Positions 9,299 to 18,894 are shown, counted from the first letter of the stretch. The stretch is 37,820 nucleotides of DNA from a virus (IMGVR_UViG_3300014927_000119), one strand, 5' to 3'. Made by a program: numbers and translations. The notes: generated from the sequence alone by a model not told the origin.

Positions 9299-10048
9299 TT
9301 ACTGGCTATTCAATTCCCACTCAATACAGTCAGTCATCATAGGAATAAAACTTTCACAAGATGAAGAAAAAACCTCGACAAATTTCGATTTATAACTTTC
9401 TGGAACATGCCAATCCTGAGGGATGCTATCTACGATAGATTGATAATAATCAACTGGTATTTCACATATTCTATTCATCCATAATGAATACCCTTCTATA
9501 GCATGGATATTTCCACAATGATATGGCGATGATTCAGTAAATAATTGATTAGGAGTCCAGATAAGGCCGTCCTCACCCCATGTACTGCCATTATTATCTA
9601 CAAAAGCAATGCCAGCATCCATAAATAGCAATTTATCATTTAACAACTTGCAAGTGTCATTTTTTACATCGCCTATAGATAACCAATTATCAAATATTGA
9701 TTTCCCATACAGATCACTCAACTGGTCGTTACTATATTGATAATTTTCAGGCAACTCTTTTAAATCATGTATGAACTCATATGCAATAACACATGAAGTT
9801 GATATTTTTAGTTCACTTCTTACATTTTCAGAAAGTTGTACAACATGGCCTTTTGGCCAAGGCAACTCTATTTTTTCGGCTAGTTTAAAAGCCACATACT
9901 CATTAAATAATGCTTTAAATTCATGCCCAGATTCGTTTAAATATGTTTTTACAAACCACTCTCCCCCTAACTCATCAGTACCTATAAAAGGATGAGAATG
10001 ACTTATCGACTTTTCCAGCTTATCGCTAATGACATTAATTGTTATCAC
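9299..10048 (-). CDS. Hypothetical protein, cargo ORF in the Z/fun slot (249 aa, GTG start)
   Basis: AT-rich ORF; first in-frame start is GTG at 10048-10046 with AAGG 5 nt upstream; contains LGGEWFVK, GDVKND and FMDAG motifs that loosely resemble kinase-fold signatures. Confidence 0.55.
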   Translation of the reverse strand: MITINVISDKLEKSISHSHPFIGTDELGGEWFVKTYLNESGHEFKALFNEYVAFKLAEKIELPWPKGHVVQLSENVRSELKISTSCVIAYEFIHDLKELPENYQYSNDQLSDLYGKSIFDNWLSIGDVKNDTCKLLNDKLLFMDAGIAFVDNNGSTWGEDGLIWTPNQLFTESSPYHCGNIHAIEGYSLWMNRICEIPVDYYQSIVDSIPQDWHVPESYKSKFVEVFSSSCESFIPMMTDCIEWELNSQ

Positions 10049-10252
10049 GGGGACCTTAAATAATCATAAAATGATGAATGAATTATAATTGGATAACCAA
10101 GAGCAGTCCAAACAATTTCTAGCGATTAGTTGATTACCTGCATATTAGCGTTTTGTTGATTTTTGATGTCTGCTTCTGGCACAGAGCGGACTGTCAGATT
10201 AGTCTTTACTCTGTGTCATAGATATGTCAGCTCACACCAGAGCTCATACAAC

Positions 10253-10780
10253 TTATTGCGGCATTTCCGGCCATTTAGGATTTGCAGGATCCACACGACT
10301 GACCAGAACGCTGTAACGCTCCCATGCATCCAGTCGGCTACGCTCCTCATCTGTTGCCATGTTCAGTCTGACCGCGCGCTCCAGCGGCAAAATCACGGAT
10401 TCAGCATCTGCAAGAAGTCTGGCTTTCCGGTTTTCTGCCTGCTGCAGCAATTCCTCTGCCGTATAAATGCGTTTAATCACTTTGCCGTCCTTAAACATCC
10501 AGCCCCCTGAAATGTCCGCCCGTCGGTTAGCAGTAATATCCGCCACTTCAACAACACTTAATCCATCCGGTCTGATAGCTGTCACATCCTTTTCCACATA
10601 GCGGATAATATTATCTTTGTCGTACGCTATTTTTATCGTGTCATCAGCAAAATACTTTTGTTCTTCGTACCAGTTCTTACCATCTTCTGAAAAAAACCAG
10701 ACAACATCAAAACCCTTTGTCAATTGATATTGTTCAACCGTTTTTGGATTACCCGCCGTAATATTTTTTAAATGCTGCAT
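10253..10780 (-). CDS. G: Tail fiber assembly protein G
   Basis: 175 aa, P2 gpG length; immediately downstream of H. Confidence 0.9.
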   Translation of the reverse strand: MQHLKNITAGNPKTVEQYQLTKGFDVVWFFSEDGKNWYEEQKYFADDTIKIAYDKDNIIRYVEKDVTAIRPDGLSVVEVADITANRRADISGGWMFKDGKVIKRIYTAEELLQQAENRKARLLADAESVILPLERAVRLNMATDEERSRLDAWERYSVLVSRVDPANPKWPEMPQ

Positions 10781-10783
10781 AAA

Positions 10784-13543
10784 TTATACCTGCGCCACGT
10801 TATACCATGTCCCGTTAATGTATTTCTGAACCGGCCTGTAATATACACCACCAATGTTATCGGCAGAGTTTGAGCCGGTATCCTGAACAATAATGCCGGA
10901 ATATACACACCCGGACGGTGCCTGATGTGTCCATGTCATGCCATTGTTCGCAGGTTTGTATGTGGCAGCACCACCAAGCCGGATATCCCGGACATAGCGG
11001 GAATCAAAGTTACCGTAATCCGAGGGATTAACACGCCCCGTAATATTTATGGTTTTATTACTTTGAATACTTCCCGAGACAAAGCGCATAATATGGACGC
11101 TATTAGCATAAACATCCAGATTACCATCACCATTTTGTTTAAAGCCCGTGTCATTATCACCCAAAACAATCGAATTACCGCCAAGAGCACTGGATGTTCC
11201 TATACCCAGAGCACCATTCAATTGACCACCAGATAACGGCAGTGCACCGACATCTCCCGCTGTAGGTTTTCGCGTTGTGGTATAAAACTCAGACCAGTCA
11301 GCCTCGAATCCGTAACCGTCACGAGCAGAACGATAAAAAATACCGCCGTTCTTATAATTAACGCGGAACTGGGCGGCGGGACAACTTCCTTCACCGATAT
11401 TAAAATGAAGAATTAACGTTGATGCCCCACCAGTAGTTGCGTTATAGGCTCCGCTACTCCAGTTCCACCCAACGGCTTTATCATTCGCAACGGTGTCTCC
11501 TGTTTTTCCTGAAGCAAATGCACCAATATTTTTCGGCGTCAAGTTAATATCTGATGTTCCATCAAACGAAACGTTATTAATTTTACGGGCTGTTTTCAGC
11601 TTTGTTGCTGTCGCCGCATTGCCGGACAGTTCACCAGAAAGGCCAGCACTGAATGTCTGTTTCGCGCCCCATGTCTGGGCTTCGTCAATGATTGGTACTC
11701 GTCTTGCTGTGATCGTGCGGCTTCCCGGATTTCCTGAAATACGCACCATAAAAAAGCGGTAGTTCGCTTTACTTACAGTGCTGCGCCATACATGCATTGA
11801 GCGCCCCGTACCGGAATCATCACTCGGACCAACTGCGATGTTTATCAGGTTGCCATCAATGACGCCCCAGTCCATACCGTCGGGAATGTTGGTCATGTTA
11901 TCAAGCCGCACGGTTATCAGACTGCCCGGCACAAAATCGTAGGTCTGCCAGTCCAGACTGGATAGTTTTGCCACTGCGCCACCGATGCCCAGATTCAGAG
12001 GCAACGAAAAGGAGTTATATACTTCTCGCCATTCGGTCCATTTGCTCCCGGCGTAGACGCGCTCAAAAGTGCGTCCCTGTGTGGTTTCTGATTTCCCTGT
12101 GGTTGTGTAACGCTGCCAGACAGACACACCATCAAAACGTCTGATTACTTCCAGTATCCCAAGTAGTGTCGCGCCAACGGTGTCCAGCATCGGACCGTTT
12201 GTTGCCTTTCCTGTAACACTGTAAATACCGGGGTCGGTTAGAACATTTAAATCACCTTCGTAATAACGACTCTCTGACTGATGACCGACTCTTAACCACG
12301 GTTCCCACTGCGGATTTGATGCATCCCAGCTTGCCGCAAGACAGCGGACATACATATTTCCACGGCGAGTGGTATAACGTTGCGTTCTTCCATAATTTCC
12401 GCCTTCGAGGATCTCAAGCATCCCCTGAGCAAAGCCGCCTTCCTCTGGATAATTGCGTTCATATGAAGCTATAGCTGAGCTACTGTTACGCCATAAACCA
12501 AGATGCTCGGCGGCTCCAAGCGTATTCAGGTCTATAGTCGTACTCAAAGGGCGGGTAGCAGATTGAGTGTGACGCCATACGCCCCACGGACCATCAGTGC
12601 CATTCCACTTATTGGCGAGTTTACGCATGTATACATTGCCGTCTCTCGTGGTAAAGCGTTGCGTACCTGCAAAATTGCCGGCAGCAAAAACCTCAAGCAC
12701 ACCGACAGCATTATCTTCCGGGAAATTTTTCTCCAGTGTTGCGTTGGTGGATGTTGCTTTAGACCAGATACCTGAATAAGCCTTAACAGGACCAAACGTA
12801 TTCAGATCAGCATCAAGCGGCATTTCGCCATTGTTTTTCATAAACGTCAGGCTGGTAACGCCAACATTGTCCAGAAAAGCTGATTTATCCTGGATATCTG
12901 CACCGTTCTGATTTTTCGCCAGACGTGAATTTGCGTTGTCATTCGCAGCCTTGACCGCTTTTGGCGTTGCCGCCAGCTTTTCACTGGTGCTGTTTGTTGC
13001 ACTGCTTAACTGAGTAAAACCTTTTTCTGTCAGCGTGGCGTCAGGATGGCGGCGGGACTGCTCATGCTCTGCGATTTTGTCATCGACGTAATCCTGCGTA
13101 GCCATCACTGTGCTGGCATCAATACTCAGCTCAACGGACGCCACGTTGCTGAGAATAATAACCATGCGGCAGGTCTGCGCACGTCCGGAGCCTTCAGCCA
13201 GTTCTGGCTTATAGCTTTCTGCCATGTTGGATACCGCAATCAGTGTTCCGGCATCGTCATACAGACCAAGCTCACGCATCCAGAAGCCGCCCACTTCTGG
13301 CGGAACAACCAGTTCAGCCACAATATAGTTTTTATTCTTATTATCCACACTGACTTTATTCAGAGCGTGACGCCAGACCTCATGCACCAGTTTCGTCTGA
13401 CCGGCATCCGGCACCGGTAATTTGCCATTACCGTCACCCACGGCCATTGCAGACAGGTTTACTTTTTTCCCGCCGGGGACAGTGGCGGCAGCCAGCTTTG
13501 CGGCTCCGGCAGTAGTGATAACGGTTTTAAATTTCGTGCTCAT
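10784..13543 (-). CDS. H: Tail fiber protein H (extended, mosaic; 919 aa)
   Basis: Position between I and G; longer than P2 gpH (669 aa as I recall); three internal repeats with the pattern GN..G.TQR.TTR.GN.Y.R......W.....PW..W. Confidence 0.88.
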   Translation of the reverse strand: MSTKFKTVITTAGAAKLAAATVPGGKKVNLSAMAVGDGNGKLPVPDAGQTKLVHEVWRHALNKVSVDNKNKNYIVAELVVPPEVGGFWMRELGLYDDAGTLIAVSNMAESYKPELAEGSGRAQTCRMVIILSNVASVELSIDASTVMATQDYVDDKIAEHEQSRRHPDATLTEKGFTQLSSATNSTSEKLAATPKAVKAANDNANSRLAKNQNGADIQDKSAFLDNVGVTSLTFMKNNGEMPLDADLNTFGPVKAYSGIWSKATSTNATLEKNFPEDNAVGVLEVFAAGNFAGTQRFTTRDGNVYMRKLANKWNGTDGPWGVWRHTQSATRPLSTTIDLNTLGAAEHLGLWRNSSSAIASYERNYPEEGGFAQGMLEILEGGNYGRTQRYTTRRGNMYVRCLAASWDASNPQWEPWLRVGHQSESRYYEGDLNVLTDPGIYSVTGKATNGPMLDTVGATLLGILEVIRRFDGVSVWQRYTTTGKSETTQGRTFERVYAGSKWTEWREVYNSFSLPLNLGIGGAVAKLSSLDWQTYDFVPGSLITVRLDNMTNIPDGMDWGVIDGNLINIAVGPSDDSGTGRSMHVWRSTVSKANYRFFMVRISGNPGSRTITARRVPIIDEAQTWGAKQTFSAGLSGELSGNAATATKLKTARKINNVSFDGTSDINLTPKNIGAFASGKTGDTVANDKAVGWNWSSGAYNATTGGASTLILHFNIGEGSCPAAQFRVNYKNGGIFYRSARDGYGFEADWSEFYTTTRKPTAGDVGALPLSGGQLNGALGIGTSSALGGNSIVLGDNDTGFKQNGDGNLDVYANSVHIMRFVSGSIQSNKTINITGRVNPSDYGNFDSRYVRDIRLGGAATYKPANNGMTWTHQAPSGCVYSGIIVQDTGSNSADNIGGVYYRPVQKYINGTWYNVAQV

Positions 13544-13553
13544 TGTTTCTCAC

Positions 13554-14084
13554 TTATCCGGGATAAACAGTAATAACATCACCATCACAGACCACACCGC
13601 CTGTATACAGATAGCCGGGAATGTCCTGGATAATGTTCAGACCGATAAGGTGGCGACTTGCGGGTTTGGCATCGGCAATCAGCCGTTCCATTTCCAGATA
13701 CATCTCCTCCGTGATGCCGCTTTCCAGCACACCGATATCAAGGCGAAAGGTGCCGGGCGGGTCGTTTGTCTCCCACCATTCCTTTACGTTAATGAGATAG
13801 CCGAGCGGCTCCACCACACGCCGGATTGCGCCTATAGTGCCTTTATGACAGTGGATGAAATAGGCATCGCGAATAACGGCGCGTTTTGTCGCTTCCGGCC
13901 ACTTTTCATCCCACCTGTCGACCGAAAACGCCCATGCCAGCCACGGCAGCAAATTTGCCGGGCAGGTGTCCGGGTTCCACAGCTCACGAATCCTGACCGG
14001 CGTGTTTTCAATTTCCGCACAGGCTTTTGCGGCAGCAACTTCAAGCGGTGATGAGCCGGTCGGCAGCAGTCGCGAATCACTCAT
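13554..14084 (-). CDS. I: Baseplate assembly protein I
   Basis: 176 aa, P2 gpI length and position. Confidence 0.9.
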   Translation of the reverse strand: MSDSRLLPTGSSPLEVAAAKACAEIENTPVRIRELWNPDTCPANLLPWLAWAFSVDRWDEKWPEATKRAVIRDAYFIHCHKGTIGAIRRVVEPLGYLINVKEWWETNDPPGTFRLDIGVLESGITEEMYLEMERLIADAKPASRHLIGLNIIQDIPGYLYTGGVVCDGDVITVYPG

Positions 14085-14985
14085 CCGAGCCTCCGGTCAC
14101 GACGCGGTATTCGGTGCAGAAAGACGCCTGCGTACTGTTGAGCACGATGTCGGCCAGTGGTGCGGCCAGTTCGACACGCTGCACGCCTTCCACATGCAAA
14201 GCGGCATAAATGGCAGACAGACGGATGTCGCGCCCCAGCCGGTGCTGTGCCGTGATGTATGCTTCCAGTTTTTTCACGGCGGCCGCGCGGATGGGTTCAC
14301 TTTCGGGACCAGGGTAAAGGTAAAGCGTGGCGTTTATCTGGTATTCAACAATGGCGGCAGACTGCACGGTCACGCAGTCGGCCACCGGTCTGACGTCCTC
14401 GCCATTCAGGGCGTTACGCACCACCGCCAGCAGGTCTTCGGATGCGACACCGTTATTCTCACGTGACAGCACAGAGATGGTGACGCAGGCCGGAGACGGA
14501 CTGGTGACAGAGATATCCGCGACACGCCCGTCAGCACTGCGACCATGATACTGATAGGCACCCACCGACCCGGCGACGCTTAAACCTTCAAACGCCTGCT
14601 GAATACGCAGACGATAATCGGTATCAGATTCCATCACTGCCGGTGTCGGCGGGATAGTCGAATCATCTGCCGGGGTGATAGTCAGACGCGTGGTGTTGTA
14701 ATTGGCACCAATCACATCAAGGTCATTACCCGCGGCACAGGCCAGCATCACCGCCCGTGCGGCCTCATTCACACGCTGACGCCAGATAAGCTCACGATAA
14801 GCATTTTCCTCCAGCAATTTGACGAGAGGCTCGGATTCCAGCGTCAGGGTACGGGCGACCGCCTCCTGCTGGTCTTCCGGGTAAAGGGAAATCAGTGTCG
14901 CCTTGCGTTCGGCGAGAATGGTTTCAAAGTCCAGCTCCTCGACCACATCCGGTGCGGGTAGCTGGTTCAGGTCGATAATCGGCAT
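14077..14985 (-). CDS. J: Baseplate assembly protein J
   Basis: 302 aa, P2 gpJ length and position. Confidence 0.9.
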   Translation of the reverse strand: MPIIDLNQLPAPDVVEELDFETILAERKATLISLYPEDQQEAVARTLTLESEPLVKLLEENAYRELIWRQRVNEAARAVMLACAAGNDLDVIGANYNTTRLTITPADDSTIPPTPAVMESDTDYRLRIQQAFEGLSVAGSVGAYQYHGRSADGRVADISVTSPSPACVTISVLSRENNGVASEDLLAVVRNALNGEDVRPVADCVTVQSAAIVEYQINATLYLYPGPESEPIRAAAVKKLEAYITAQHRLGRDIRLSAIYAALHVEGVQRVELAAPLADIVLNSTQASFCTEYRVVTGGSDE

Positions 14986-14989
14986 GGTT

Positions 14990-15337
14990 TCAACTCACAG
15001 GGATGGTTAACGAAAGTGGCTGGCCGGTGTCGTTGTGCTGACCGGTTAACGTGACCGTCATTCGCCCGTCAAAACTGCGCGCCGTGGTGACGGATGACAG
15101 GGTGACGCGGGGTTCCCATTTCAGCACGGCCATGTAACAGGCGACCTTAATCTGCAACTCAAGCGCCGGGGTCTGCGGCTGGTCAATCATTGACGCCAGC
15201 AACGAGCCGTAATCACGACGCATCACCCGTGAGCCGACCGGTGTGCGCAGGATATCGCCGATACTCTGGCTGATATGCTCAAGGTCAGTGACCGTCAGGC
15301 CATCACTGCGATTCATTCCGAGATAACGCGCTGTCAT
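14990..15337 (-). CDS. W: Baseplate assembly protein W
   Basis: 115 aa, P2 gpW length and position. Confidence 0.9.
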   Translation of the reverse strand: MTARYLGMNRSDGLTVTDLEHISQSIGDILRTPVGSRVMRRDYGSLLASMIDQPQTPALELQIKVACYMAVLKWEPRVTLSSVTTARSFDGRMTVTLTGQHNDTGQPLSLTIPVS

Positions 15338-15969
15338 AGAGGACTCCCGGTTTTGCCGCCGCTGTCGCCGGGGTGTTTATGGGTATGCAGTACCTTACCG
15401 TTTGATGAGAGTTCACCGCCGGTGTGTTCAATGTTGCCGCGCATCGTTCCGCCCTTCTGCACTTCCAGCGTGCCGGTAATCAGCCTGTTGGTGCAGACCA
15501 CCTCCGGTGTGTTCAGGGTGATGCGGGTTGACGCTTTCACCATGACCACCGGCACCGTGGCAGTAACAGAATCAGAAGCCGTCACGCTGGCCGTTTTAAT
15601 TCCGCTTGCCCTGAGCGCACTGGTTTCGGGTTCATACTCAATCACCGCCCCGTCAGGGAAACGGATGTACAGGGCATCCGCCGACGCAGACGGCGCGGGG
15701 TTATCACCGGAATAAATCCCCGGCAGAACAAACGCCGTGTCGAGTTCGCCGCCCACGGACAGAATCAGCACCTGCTCCCCCACCGAAGGTGCCCACCATG
15801 TGCGTGAACGTCCGGCACGATGAGTCAGCCACTGAAGCCAGTCAGTGCACATGCCGCCGGTCTGCACACGGCAGCGACCGGCATTAAGGTCGGTTTCGAC
15901 GATAATGCCGGTGCGAATCATGTTGCGCAGTGCGCGCGCGAGTTCCTGAATATTTGCGAGAGTGTTCAT
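15334..15969 (-). CDS. V: Baseplate central spike protein V
   Basis: 211 aa, P2 gpV length and position. Confidence 0.9.
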   Translation of the reverse strand: MNTLANIQELARALRNMIRTGIIVETDLNAGRCRVQTGGMCTDWLQWLTHRAGRSRTWWAPSVGEQVLILSVGGELDTAFVLPGIYSGDNPAPSASADALYIRFPDGAVIEYEPETSALRASGIKTASVTASDSVTATVPVVMVKASTRITLNTPEVVCTNRLITGTLEVQKGGTMRGNIEHTGGELSSNGKVLHTHKHPGDSGGKTGSPL

Positions 15970-16035
15970 AACGGGAAGGATGCCGCCGGGTCATACCGGC
16001 GGCAATGTGACGATGAGGTGTCGGGAATGGCACAA

Positions 16036-16488
16036 CTAACGGTCGAGGTGAGCCAGAATAATCTCTTCAATCATCTGCACATCCTCACCGGTAAAGCCGA
16101 GCAGAGGACGCGCCGGATAATCAATTTTCTTACCGTCTTTCCGGTTTTCTTCCGACAGACCAAACTGATGCACACTGGCGATTTTCGGTGACTTCCCGCC
16201 GTAAAATTCCATTGATGCCTGCTCCGGGCTGGCACGGATATGCAAAAAACGACTGGTGATAAGTTTCGCAAACATTTTTCGCTTAACACGACCAGTCTTT
16301 TTTCTGGCGCTCTGCTGCTGGCGTGGCGCGTAGGGTGTGCCGTCCGGGGCTTTCTGTGCCATCACCCGACGCTGCTGACTCTGCCGCAGACGTTTCGCCA
16401 GTTCGGCACTCAGTCGCCGACGCCCTGACGGTGACAGCGACTCAATCAGTCCGGTCAGCCGGTCTTCAAAACGCTTAAACTCATTCAT
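16036..16488 (-). CDS. S: Tail completion protein S
   Basis: 150 aa, P2 gpS length and position. Confidence 0.9.
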   Translation of the reverse strand: MNEFKRFEDRLTGLIESLSPSGRRRLSAELAKRLRQSQQRRVMAQKAPDGTPYAPRQQQSARKKTGRVKRKMFAKLITSRFLHIRASPEQASMEFYGGKSPKIASVHQFGLSEENRKDGKKIDYPARPLLGFTGEDVQMIEEIILAHLDR

Positions 16489-16948
16489 CCCACTTGCTCA
16501 CCAGTTCACCATTGATATAAAGCTCCATCGGGCGGGTGACCGGCTCCGGCGGCGGAGGTTCCGGGATATTCTTCACATGCAGCGCACCGTCAACCTCACT
16601 GACCAGCGTGCGCTCGGTCAGCATCAGGCTGATGCTGATATCAAAGCTGCTGTCATTGTTGATGTCTGCATAAAACGTGAAGCCCTTTTTCTGGCCTTCG
16701 TCGGTGGTCATGATGTCGGGCTGATTTTCCCGCAGCCATGCCAGCACCGGCACGATGAGCAGGTCAAAATCACCGGTAAAATCGGTCACAATGACATTGA
16801 GCGTGTAACGCTTTTCGAATGACAGCGACGTCGCCAGTGTGGAGGCAATACTCCCGTTATCCACGAATATCCGCAGCATATCGGGGTTAGTTTTCAGCAC
16901 CGTGACGGCATCAGTCAGCGCCCTGCGCAGGCTGTCGGGTTTGAGCAT
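16481..16948 (-). CDS. R: Tail completion protein R
   Basis: 155 aa, P2 gpR length and position. Confidence 0.9.
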   Translation of the reverse strand: MLKPDSLRRALTDAVTVLKTNPDMLRIFVDNGSIASTLATSLSFEKRYTLNVIVTDFTGDFDLLIVPVLAWLRENQPDIMTTDEGQKKGFTFYADINNDSSFDISISLMLTERTLVSEVDGALHVKNIPEPPPPEPVTRPMELYINGELVSKWDE

Positions 16949-17201
16949 CGTTTTCGTCCTGACAGTGTTTAATCATTTTTACCTGGCTGGCACAGCGCGC
17001 CAGCGCGTTCTCAAGCTGCCGGATATCGGCACTTAAATCGCCGTTCGTCTGCGGGTCACTGCCCGGCATCGGGCAAAGGCTCACTTTCGGGCAGGCGTTG
17101 TGGACAATCACTGGCGTCTGCGCAGGCTGTGCGCTGGTGCAACCGGCGCACAGCATCAGGCAGGCCAGCACCGTACCAGCGGCGGAAATCTTCGTTTTCA
17201 T
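16911..17201 (-). CDS. lysC: LysC, Rz1-like outer-membrane lipoprotein spanin, embedded out of frame in lysB
   Basis: 96 aa (P2 LysC is 96 aa); N-terminal signal with lipobox LCAGC; nested in the lysB 3' region in another frame. Confidence 0.8.
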   Translation of the reverse strand: MKTKISAAGTVLACLMLCAGCTSAQPAQTPVIVHNACPKVSLCPMPGSDPQTNGDLSADIRQLENALARCASQVKMIKHCQDENDAQTRQPAQGAD

Positions 17202-17481
17202 TCAGTAACCTCGTGATGGTTTTCTCGCGCTGTGCTTCACGCTTCGCGGCGTTCTCCAGTTCCTGACGCAGTGCCACCTGCGCCAGCTCGTTTTTGTCTG
17301 CTCTGGTGAGGGCAACATGAAGCTGATTTTTCAGCATGGTGATGGTCGTCTGCTGCCCGCTGGCGACGTTGTTCACCCTGTCCAGCGAGGCGCGCAGGCT
17401 GGCGTTTTCATGCTTCGCCAGAAACAGCCCCGCCACCGCCAGCGATAACAACACGACCAGCACAATCATCAGCTTTGACAT
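17056..17481 (-). CDS. lysB: LysB, Rz-like inner-membrane spanin
   Basis: 141 aa; N-terminal transmembrane segment followed by a charged coiled-coil region; P2 LysB length. Confidence 0.88.
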   Translation of the reverse strand: MSKLMIVLVVLLSLAVAGLFLAKHENASLRASLDRVNNVASGQQTTITMLKNQLHVALTRADKNELAQVALRQELENAAKREAQREKTITRLLNENEDFRRWYGAGLPDAVRRLHQRTACADASDCPQRLPESEPLPDAGQ

Positions 17482-17894
17482 AATTCCCGCCCCTCAAGAC
17501 GCTGACGACAGGCTTTACGTATCAGCCGGAAAAACAGCGACGCCACAAGATAAATCAGCGCGGTAAAAATCCATCCGGCGGCGACCAGCGAGATAAATGT
17601 CGCCACCATCACCACCAGAGCCACTGCCCGTCTGCACCACGGCACCGGCTGCAAAAACAGCGACGTGACAATCTTCACGGCCAGCGATTCCGTCGGCAGC
17701 TCCCGCCCGTAGCGTTCCAGCACATACTCAGTGGCATACACGCCGACACCACCGGCAACCACACAGATAACCGTCGCCAGAATCGCCCAGGCAGCGACAA
17801 AACTGACGGTCACGCTCTGCGGGTAAATCAGGGACAGTGCAAGCATCAGCGCCAGCGACACGTTCAGCATCAGTGAAAGGGATAATTTCTTCAC
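17469..17894 (-). CDS. lysA: LysA, membrane lysis-timing protein
   Basis: 141 aa, several hydrophobic segments; P2 LysA length and position. Confidence 0.88.
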   Translation of the reverse strand: MKKLSLSLMLNVSLALMLALSLIYPQSVTVSFVAAWAILATVICVVAGGVGVYATEYVLERYGRELPTESLAVKIVTSLFLQPVPWCRRAVALVVMVATFISLVAAGWIFTALIYLVASLFFRLIRKACRQRLEGRELCQS

Positions 17895-17908
17895 GGTGTT
17901 TACTCCGT

Positions 17909-18406
17909 TTAAGCCGGTACGCCGCCAGCGGTACGCCAGACGGTGACCAGTTTTTCCAGTGAATGCTCACGCTGACCGTAACCGGCACCCGGCAGGGACG
18001 CCCAGATATTGCGACAGCGTGAAATGGCGCGCTCAATGCGTCCCGCCCGGATGTCATCCAGCGCACCGCGTTCGCGGATCAACTGAATGGCGAGTCTGTC
18101 CTGTGACAACGGACTGAAATCCGGCAGGGCAAGCTGTTTGCGGTAATGCGGCCAGAACAGGTAAAGCTGCTGATAGCGACCGGAGGCCGTGGATTTTTCA
18201 CCGCGACGGTTAAACACCTTCGCCGGTCGGCCATGCGCGAACGGGTGGTCACTGTAGTCGGTGAAGATTTCCGGCTTTCCGTCCAGTCCGGTGACTATCA
18301 CGTCATAGCCCCGGTTTTTCGTCAGCGGATGATTCGCCGTCCCTTCGGACACGGCCAGCATGTCGAGAAAGGCGGCGATATTCTGATGCGTGTTAATTAC
18401 CGGCAT
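17909..18406 (-). CDS. K: Endolysin K (lysozyme)
   Basis: 165 aa, P2 gpK length and position. Confidence 0.9.
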   Translation of the reverse strand: MPVINTHQNIAAFLDMLAVSEGTANHPLTKNRGYDVIVTGLDGKPEIFTDYSDHPFAHGRPAKVFNRRGEKSTASGRYQQLYLFWPHYRKQLALPDFSPLSQDRLAIQLIRERGALDDIRAGRIERAISRCRNIWASLPGAGYGQREHSLEKLVTVWRTAGGVPA

Positions 18407-18687
18407 TACGGTTTTCCCCTGCCCTTAAAACGGCGCTGAATGGCAATCTCAATCACCTGATAACCGGCGATACCCAGCATGGAGCCGATGCCGCACACCG
18501 CAGGCAGTGACAGGTCAGGAAACTGCACCAGAACAACACCGGCAACCATCGAGACAAAACCACCGAGCAACATGCGCCCGATAAACAGACGCGGGGTGAT
18601 GGGTTCACCACCGGCAAGCACCTTGCCGACAACAATCAGCACCCCAATCATGAAAAGCGACAGGACGCTTTTTTCTTCTGCTGTCAT
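18406..18687 (-). CDS. Y: Holin Y
   Basis: 93 aa with hydrophobic transmembrane segments and a charged C-terminus; P2 gpY length. Confidence 0.9.
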   Translation of the reverse strand: MTAEEKSVLSLFMIGVLIVVGKVLAGGEPITPRLFIGRMLLGGFVSMVAGVVLVQFPDLSLPAVCGIGSMLGIAGYQVIEIAIQRRFKGRGKP

Positions 18688-18690
18688 GCG

Positions 18691-18894
18691 TTACTCCCAC
18701 AGATTGACAGTTTCAGCCACGGGCGCGGTCTGAACGTCGGGCAGTTCGACGGCGGTGCCGTGCGGCAGCACCGCGCCCAGTTCAGCCAGACCCGGATTTG
18801 CGGCGAGCACGGTCTCAACCACGCCCTCAGTGCGCCCGTAATACCGGACACAGATGGCGTCGAGCGTGTCGCCCTGTAGCGCAAAGGTCTTCAT
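18691..18894 (-). CDS. X: Tail protein X
   Basis: 67-aa product from the internal ATG (MKTFALQGDTLDAICVRYYGRT...); P2 gpX is 67 aa; its ATG overlaps the L stop (ATGA). Confidence 0.85.
   Translation of the reverse strand: MKTFALQGDTLDAICVRYYGRTEGVVETVLAANPGLAELGAVLPHGTAVELPDVQTAPVAETVNLWE

Noticed and set aside
13422-14051. 209-aa plus-strand ORF across the H/I junction (also 13966-14466 and 19500-20099)
   Set aside because: Antisense to collinear P2 baseplate and terminase genes of the expected lengths; treated as spurious.
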